A stretch of 61,683 bases of DNA from a virus (taxonomy: Duplodnaviria; Caudoviricetes). The DNA lies in IMG/VR virus record IMGVR_UViG_3300044878_000127, positions 1-61,683 of that record. One strand, 5' to 3'. How positions within the stretch are numbered: position 1 is the stretch's first letter; each line of letters begins with the position of its first letter. Below, one piece after another: positions 7,845-16,800 of this stretch. A model generated the notes under the pieces. The model ran no database searches, was not told the origin of the DNA, and was given only the letters and a program-made list of their open reading frames with translations. Both the position numbers and the translations under genes were made by a program.

Positions 7845-10800
7845 GTGGCAGAGAATCGCTTTCTACAGTCGCCATTCACGCAGGCCAGCCCTGCGACCGA
7901 CGCGCCAAGCACCCCGCCACTGCCCGAATTCAAAGCCCTGCCCGCGCGTAACGCCAGCTCCGGCCCGCTGACATCCAGCGCCGCGACCGTCCTGAGCAAA
8001 GGCCTGTTGCCGCCGCCTGACCTGCAACCCCTGTTCGAGAAGTATTCCGCTGAATACGGCGTTCCTCTGAACGTGCTGTCGGCCCTGGCGCAGCAGGAAT
8101 CGCGCTATAACCCCAACGCCGTCGGCGAGCAAACCAAGTGGGGCAAGGCCAAAGGCATGCTCCAAAACCTTGACGCCAACGCCAAGTCCTTGGGTATCGA
8201 CCCGTTCGACGCTGAACAGTCGATTGCCGGCGCCGCGCGGCAGATGCGTGAGCGCATGGACAAGGGTTACAGCATGGAGGATGTGGTGAAAGCCCACTTC
8301 GGGGGCGATAACCGTGAACAGTGGGGCGAGAAGACCAAGGCCTACGGCCAAGAGGTGTTAGCCAAATCCAGCATCATTGGCAGCGAGCTGATGGCCGGTA
8401 AGAAGGCCGCTGCGCCTGCCGCGCAAGGTACTGACCTGTCCGCTATCCAAGCTGAAATGGACGCCAAAGAGCCCGGCCGTTACAAGGTGATCGACCCGGC
8501 CGACATCGCCGAGCGTGACCAGCAGCGCGCCAGCATCGCCAGCGGAAAGGACGCACTGAAGAATGCCCAAGCCGAAACCGGCGCCTATGAAGCCCCGTCG
8601 CCGTTGACCCTGCAAAACCAGCAGGCGGTCGAGGACAAGGTAAACAGCGCCTCGGCGCCGTCGCCGTTGACGCCGACCAACCAAAGTCTGGTGCAGAAAG
8701 GCATGGCACCGGTCGATACCCGGCCGGAAGACGGCTTTGTTGATGCCACCGGCAAGCAGCTGAAGAACTTCGGCCCGCACATGAAAGACGCGGTGGCCGG
8801 GCTGGTGCGCATGGGTAGCGAGAGCATCGACAACGCCACGCTGGTCGGCAACGCCGGCAGCACTGGCATTATCGAGCGCATGCAGGACAACGGCGACATC
8901 ATCATGGTGCAGAACGAGCGCGGGCAGATGACCCCGACGCTGCGTGATGGCAAGCCGGCCGACGAGGCAAACCTTGCCGCGTACATCCGCAAGAACGCTG
9001 GCGACCTGATGTCGGCGGACGAAGCCGGCGCACTGATCGGCATGAAGCCGCGTGCGGTGACCGAGTGGGCGCAGAAAACTGCCAAGCAGGCCAAGCTCGA
9101 CACCATCGAGGTACGCCCCGACGGTCCGCTGGCCAAGTACGGCAGCATGATCATTGGTTCGACGGCAGAAATGATTCCAGCCCTGGCTGCGTCCGCCATC
9201 ACCCGTAACCCGGGCGTGGGTATGTCGTTGATCGGTGGCCAGGTGACCGGCCAAAGCTACAACAAAGGCCGTGCAGGCGGTCTGAACGCACAGGACGCCG
9301 GTAACTATGCGCTGGCGCAGGGCATGGCCGAAGCGATTCCGGAAGCCTTGCCGATTCATGTGATCCTTCAGCCAGGGCAAAACTTCTTCAAGGGCCTGCT
9401 CAAGGGCGGCGCCGCTGAGTCGGTGCAAGAAGGCGTGACGCAGATCATTCAGGACGGCCTTGATAAAGGTTCGATTGATCCGAACATGACGTGGGCGCAA
9501 GCGCGTCAGAACCTGGCCGACGCCATGATTGTCGGCGCTGGCGCTGGTGTGGCGCTGAAGGCAGGCGTTCACGGCATCCAGAAGGGTGTCGACACGCTGT
9601 CGCGCAACCGCGAGACTGATGCCGCCGCTGCCGCACAGGAACAGGCCGCGCAACCCGAGTTCGCTCCTACAGGTGAAACCCAGCAAACACAGGCACCTGA
9701 AGCTGATTTGACTGCCGAAAACCCGGCCCCCGCTCCCACAGGTGCAGAACCTGCTCCGGCTGCCCCTGTCGACGGCCCGCTGACCCGCGCCGCGCAGAAG
9801 TTTGTGGCGCCAGAACCGGAAGTGACGCCCACCGCTGAAGCCCCGGGCGAGCCGGTCACCGTGCGCAGTTCCGACGGCGAAATGGTCGGCACCTTGCAGG
9901 ATTACCAAGACCTCGGCCAGGGCAAGTGGTCCGCGCGCGTGCTGGCCGATGACGGCAACGCCTACGACTTCACGCAGGACGACGGCGTACAGCTGGACCG
10001 TGGCGAGCAGCCATCGCCGGCAGCGCCATCGATCCCGACCACCGGCAAGGTTGGCAAAATCCCAACCCTGACCGACGTGGTGAAGCCAGGCGTTGAAATC
10101 CAGACGTTGACTGAAGAAGTGCCGACGCTGACCGATGTTGTCGAGCCAGCCCCAGCGCCCGATTATTCGTCGATGGACGTGCCGCAACTGCGCACCGAAC
10201 TGAAAGTCATCGCCACCGCGATCAAGGCTGATCCGAAAAACAAGGCGCTGACCAAACAGCGCAGCACCATCGAAAAAGCGATCAAGGCCAACGTTGAGAA
10301 CGCGATCAGCAAACCGGCCGTGGCCGAGCTGGTCGGCGACAAGATCGATAAGGAATGGTCGCGCTTCGCCGATGACTCGGGCAGCTTGAACATCCCGCGC
10401 GCCGACATGCCGCAGATCAAAGCCGAGCACCGCGGCGCGCTTGCAAATTTCCTAAGTGCTCGGGGTGTAAAAAGCACGCATGAAGAAGTTCCAGCGGCGA
10501 GCCTAAAACCTACGCAGATGGAATTTTCGCCGGCCAAGGTCAAGAAGGCCATGGAATTTACTGGCGGCGATCGATCGATTCTTGTGTCCAAAGATGGTCA
10601 TGTATTGGACGGTCACCACCAATGGCTTTCAAAACTTAGCGGTAATGATCCTGTAAAGATCATTCGATTGGACGCGCCAATTTCCGACTTGATCAGCCTG
10701 GCTAAAGAATTCCCGAGCAGTACAGTTGCTAGTGGTGGTAGTCTAAACGCCAGCCCATCAGTTAATTTAAAAAATGAGAACGCACCTACACCGAAGAACG

Positions 10801-13800
10801 ACACCAACTCCGACCTACTCAACGTGGACGGCAATCAAGAAGCGTTGCAGCAATCCAAAGGCAACGGGGTACAACAGGTACGGCGGAGCGGGAGTGACGG
10901 TCTGCCAGCAGTGGATGCACAGCTACGAGACATTCCTGTCGGACGTCGGGGAGCGACCGAGCCTGAAGCACACGCTCGACAGAATGAACGGAAGCCTGGG
11001 CTACGAGCCGGGGAACGTTCGGTGGGCGACGAAGGGAGAGCAGGCGCGCAACCGAAGCAGCAACGTGAATCTGACATTCAAGGGCAGAACACAGGTGGCG
11101 AAGGACTGGGCCGCGGAGGTCGGATTGAATCCACCGACGCTGTACGCTCGCCTGAAGAAGGGTTGGACGGTGGAGCGCGCTCTGACAGAGCCGCAGGCCA
11201 CAAGGAAGCCGCGAAACCGCTGAGCCCGCAGCAGAAGGCAAAGGCCCGCGCCGAAGCCAAGCGCGAGGCTGCGCGTGAGCGCATGGGCGGGATTAAGGAA
11301 GGTGATCAGTTCATCCCATCCGTCGATGTCGGTTATATCACCGGTGGTGAGACGTACACCGTTGATAGTATCGACAGCAGCGGCAACGTCTACGTCAAAC
11401 GCAGCGGTACCAACAGCGGCACTCATTTGTCGCACGCCGACTTCAATGTGGCCGAGCACAAAGGCGTGACTTTCACCAAGGTCGAAGCGCCGACGCCGGC
11501 TATGGAAACACCAGCCGCACCGGCCGAAACGGCCAAGGAACTGGTAAAGGCTGCCGAGTATGGCGCGAGCAACAAACTGGTCAGCACCGATCGCGCGGCC
11601 GAGTTGCGCGCCAAGCTCAAGGCCAAGTTGAATGGTTCGCAGCTGAACAGCGGCATCGATCCCGAGATTCTGGCAATGGGCACCGAGCTGGCCGTGTTCC
11701 ACATCGAGGCGGGCGTGCGCAAGTTTGCCGAATTCGCCAAGACCATGGCTGAAGACTTGGGCCAGCCACTGGAGAAAATCCGCCCGTACCTGCGCAGCTG
11801 GTACAACGGCTCCCGCGACATGATCGAGGATGCCGGGCACTCCATCGCCGGCATGGACAGTGCTGATACCGTGCGCGCCGAACTGGTCAAACTGGACCAG
11901 GCGCCGGCAACTACCGAGAAATCCTCGGCAGTTCAGCCGCCAGCAGAAGCACCGCAGGCCTTGGCTGTTGGCGTGTACAGCCACAAGCAGCACCCCGAAG
12001 TGACGGCTACTGTCAGCTCCACAGATAAAGGCTACGCTATCGAGTGGGCGCCTGATGATGTTCAGGAGTTCAAAGGCAAACATGCTGTCGCCAAAGCACA
12101 GGCGGCGCTTTCAAGAGAGGGCTATACCCTCAACGAGGATTCTGATGCAGCAAGTACCAGCCAGCGTGTGGAACCAGATCGCGCAGACGCAACCCCTGCA
12201 AAACCCGTCGATGAAAGAACTGTTCCTGATGAATCAGGCGCAGCTCGACGAGGCACTGGCGAGCCAGGCGCAAGCGATGTCGAAGTTCGGGCAGACGGAC
12301 AGCGTGATCAACGCGTACCAACTGATGGCGCCGCTACTGGCCGAGAATCAGGCGATCAGCGCGTACATCAACCAGACGGGGCATTCCGACCTACGGTCAG
12401 CACTGCCGGAGGTGCTGAACCCGTCCGAGGCGACAGCGATCGCAACGCAGGAGAACCCGTTGAGCGCGAGCGAGCAGAACACATTGTTGAATCTGCTCCG
12501 TCCACTGATGCCATCGAGTTCAGTGAACGTCTAGCCGCACAGAAAAAGGCCGCGGGCACCAAGACGGTACGCGGCGACAAAGCCAACATTGACGCGGCCC
12601 TGCCGTTGCTGCTCGAACCCCAGCGCGACGATGTGCTGAAGGCCGAGCAGCGTTTCGCCGTGGGCAACGGCATGCTGCTCACCAACGGCACCGGCACCGG
12701 CAAGACCGCCAGCGGTATGGGCGTGATCGTGCGTTCGATCAACGCTGGCAAGCCCAATGCCCTGGTGATCGTCCCGAGTGACAAGATCGCTTCAGACTGG
12801 GTGAAGTTTGCCAAGATGCTGGGTGTTGAGCTGAAGATGCTCGAAAGCACCAGCGACAACGGCGGCACCGGCCCGGTCATCACCACCTATGCCAACTTCG
12901 GCGCCAACGATAGCCTGGCCCAGCGCGACTGGGATCAGTTCGTGGCGGACGAGGCGCACTACCTGTCGAGCAACGAGGCCGGCGAAGGCACTGGTGCACT
13001 CGCTCGCCTGCAAGCCCTGAGCGGCCATCACGACGGCTTCTATCAGTGGGTGCGCCAGCGCAACGCCAAGGAGTGGGGCGCCTACAAGGCGGCGATGAAC
13101 GCCAGCCGTGACGCGGCCGTGCCGGATTCCGGCTTTACCCAAACGCAGAAAGACCAGCTGGCCGAAGCTGAAGGCAAGCAGCGCGACCTGTGGGAAGCCA
13201 TCGAGAAGCCAGCCAAAAAAGCCTGGCAAGAGCGCTGGGCAAAACAGCAAGACCTGCCAAAAACCCTGTTCCTGTCGGCAACGCCGTTCGCCTACGTCAA
13301 AAGCGTGGACTATGCCGAGGGCTACCTGTTCGATTACGTCGCCCCGGCCGAGCGCTACAGCAACCGTCGCGAAACTGAAGGCGCCGCTTACAACAGTGGC
13401 GACGCGCGTGAAAAGTTTTTCATGCAGCACTTCGGCTACCGCATGCGCTACAACAAGCTGACCGCACCGGAAGCCGGGGTTGACTCCGAGCTGATGGAGC
13501 AGAATTTTAACCAGCACCTGAAGGACATCGGTGCGCTGTCGGGCCGGCGCTTGGAGGTGCCGTACGACTACGACCGCAAGTTTGTGATGGTCGATGACGC
13601 CGTGGGCCAGAAGATCGACCAGGGCCTGGCGTTCCTGCGCGAGCATGCCGATGGCAAATACCGCAAGGTCTATGACGCGGTAATGGCGACCTTCGACTAC
13701 CAGCGCCGTATGTACCTGCTCGAATCGATCAAGGCCCGGGCCGTGGTGCCGATGATCAACGAGCACCTGAAGCTCGGCCGCAAAGTGGTGGTGTTCCACG

Positions 13801-16800
13801 ATTACAACAAAGGCGGCGGTTTTGATCCGTTCGCCTCGGGCCTGGCCAGCATCACCGAGCCGGACGTGCGCGCCCTGGCCCGCGAAGCCTTTGCCGCGCG
13901 TCCGGACATCTTCAAGAAAATGGACTTGAAAGGCCTGTTCTCGCCGATCGATACCTTGTCGGCGGCCTTCCCTGACGCCTTGTTCTTCAACGGCACCGTG
14001 CCGAAAGCCAAGCGCCGGGCGAATGCTGACACCTTCAACGACGATAACAGCGGCAAAGACCTGATCGTCTTGCAGTCGGATGCCGGCCGCGAAGGTGTGA
14101 GCCTGCACGACACCAGCGGCAAGCACATGCGCGTGCTGATCAACCTCGGAATGCCCGGCAAGCCGGTCGCCGCGATCCAGATCGAAGGCCGCACCTACCG
14201 CACCGGCCAAGCCAGCGACGCGGCATTCCGCTACCTGACCACCGGCACGGCATGGGAAGCCAGCGCCTTCGCCAGCAAGATCGCCGAGCGCGCCTCGACC
14301 GCTGAAAACTTGGCGCTGGGCACCGACGCCCGCGGCCTGAAACAATCGTTCATCGACGCCTACAACGGCGCCGAAGACCTGGCCCCGAGCGCTGACGACG
14401 GCAAGGGCGGCAAGGCCATCGACCGTGAACTGGCGGCTACCGCCACACTGAGCCCGTTCAACAAGGCCAAGGCCTACTACTTCGCCCAACAGAAGAACAG
14501 CAAGCGCCGCGACCAGCGCGAAGGCGTGGATTACTTCGCCACCCCGGAACCGGTCGGCTTCAAGATGGCCGAGTGGGCCAACATCCAGAAGGGCGACGAC
14601 GTACTGGAACCGTCGGCCGGGCATGGCGCCATCGCGCGATTCTTCCCGCCGCAAACCAACGTCACCATGGTCGAGCCGAGTTATGACCTGTCGCAGCGCG
14701 CGGCGCTGGCCAATGGTCAAGCACGGATCATCAACGACACCTTTGAGTCGCTGCACCTGACCAACAAGTACGATGCGATTGTGATGAACCCGCCGTACGG
14801 CAATGGCGGCAAGACAGCCATCGAGCACGTCGCCAAGGCGGCCAAGCATCTGCGCGAAGGCGGGCGGATCGTTGCCTTGATTCCGCGCGGCGGCCTGACT
14901 GACAAGCGCCTGGCGGCCTTCCTCGAAAGCGAAGAGGCGCAAGACCTGCACCGCGTTGCGACCTTCACCATGCCGGCGTCGACCTTCGAGCGCGCCGGCA
15001 CCTCGGTGAACACGCAAGTGATCGTACTGGAAAAACACAGCAACCCGGACGATGCGCAGAACATCCACGCGCGCACCATCAACCTGGACAACGCCCAATC
15101 GACCGGCGAACTGTTCGACCGCATCGAGCACCTGGACCTGCCCGACCGCATGCCGAGCAGCAAGCCTGAAGTTAAACCGGTGATGATTGAGCACGTCACT
15201 GGCAAAGGTAAGACCCTCACCGGTATCGTGCGCACCGACCTGACCAAGGACGAAGCCAAGGAAATCGACCCGTACACCTTCCCGAAAAATGGCGGCTTTT
15301 TCATCCGCTCGAAATACCTCGGTGATGGCAACCGGTTGTCCGTGGCAGCGCCAACCGGCGACCCGGCCTCGCACCAGGAAGTGCGCGACGCGATCACGCA
15401 AGGCCCGTTCGGCACGGTGGTCAAGAAGCTGATCGACAGCGGCAACATCGTGGTGCACGGCAATGTGCAGTCGCTGCCGGACGGCGTAACACCGGTTACC
15501 GGCATGCAAGCGGTCACCACGCCCGACGGCAAGGTGCATTTGGTCGCGGCCAACCTGACCCCGGGCAACGCCAACGGCGTGTTGCTGCATGAAATGTTTC
15601 ACAGCGGTGGTGAAACGCTGGTGGGCTCCAAGCGCTGGGCCGGCCTGATGTCGCGCCTGGACGGTTTGCAGCGACAGGCCGAGCAATCCACCGGCAAAGC
15701 CCGCGCCGTGTTTGATCGGGCGCGTGAGCGCGTGCAGCAAGCACAAGCGCAAGGCGCCGTGGCAGAGAGCATGAGCGCCGAAGAGTTCGGTGCCTACGCG
15801 ATCGAGGAATACGAGCAGCTGCCGAAGGCGTTCCGCTCTTGGGTAGATGACCTGGTGGGCGCGATCAAGCATTGGCTGTTCAGCCGTTACGGCAAGCAGC
15901 TGGGCCAGGTCACCCCGGCGCAGTTGCGTGCGATGGCCAAGGACGCGCTGATTTCCATGGCCCTGGCCAAGCGTGGCGAGTTGTTCGGCCCGGCCGGGAC
16001 CATGTTCAGCGTGCGCCCGTCGAAGGTGTTCAAAGACCTGACCGACAAACAGAAATCGTTCCTCGACAAGATCGGCCCGGAGAAGCTGCCGCAGGTATTG
16101 GCTGACCGCTGGCGCCAGCTGACCGATAACCTCGGTCTACGCATCCGCCAGGCCGGTGTCGACCGCTATGCCTCGCTGCTGCGCAATGACAAAGCGCTGT
16201 ACGGCGCCGAGACGCTGGAAGGCTCGATTGCCGACAGTTCTTGGGTACTGGCGCGCATGAGCCCGGCCGCGGGCGGCGCCGTTCACGCACTGCTGAACAA
16301 CGGCCGTATCTACCGTGACGCTGATCAGAAGGTTATCGACATCCGCGACGGCACCACCGGGCTGGGCGCCACCTTGCGCAAGCTGGGGAGTCCTGCCGAA
16401 ATCGACCGCTTCATGGGATGGATTGCGGCCAACCGCTCGAAACGCCTGCTCGGCGAAGGCCGTGAAAACCTGTTCACCCCGGATGAAATCGAGGCGGGCA
16501 TTAAACTGTCGGCCGGCAAACTGCTCGACGGCAAGCCGCGCGGCATTCTTTACCAGCAAGCCTGGAAGGAATTCCAACAGCACCGCGACGACGTGCTGGG
16601 CATCGCCGAGGCTACCGGGATCATCACCCCGGAACAGCGCGCGACCTGGAGCGATGAGTTTTATGTGCCGTTCTATCGAGTGATCGATAGCGACAACCTC
16701 GGCGGGCCGAAGTCGGGCGGCGGTGGCTTGTCGCGTCAGCAAGCGTTCAAGAAACTGAAGGGCGGGCGCCAGCACCTTAACGATTTGCTGGAAAACACCC

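Noticed and set aside
10700-11300. Intron or intein explanation for the nested endonuclease
   Set aside because: It is out of frame with the host so it is not an intein. The host frame needs no splicing and I see no group I/II core. RT-PCR would be needed to exclude splicing fully.
12055-12144. Longer start for the second nested ORF given in the track
   Set aside because: The extension looks like shadow sequence, and the RBS sits before 12145.
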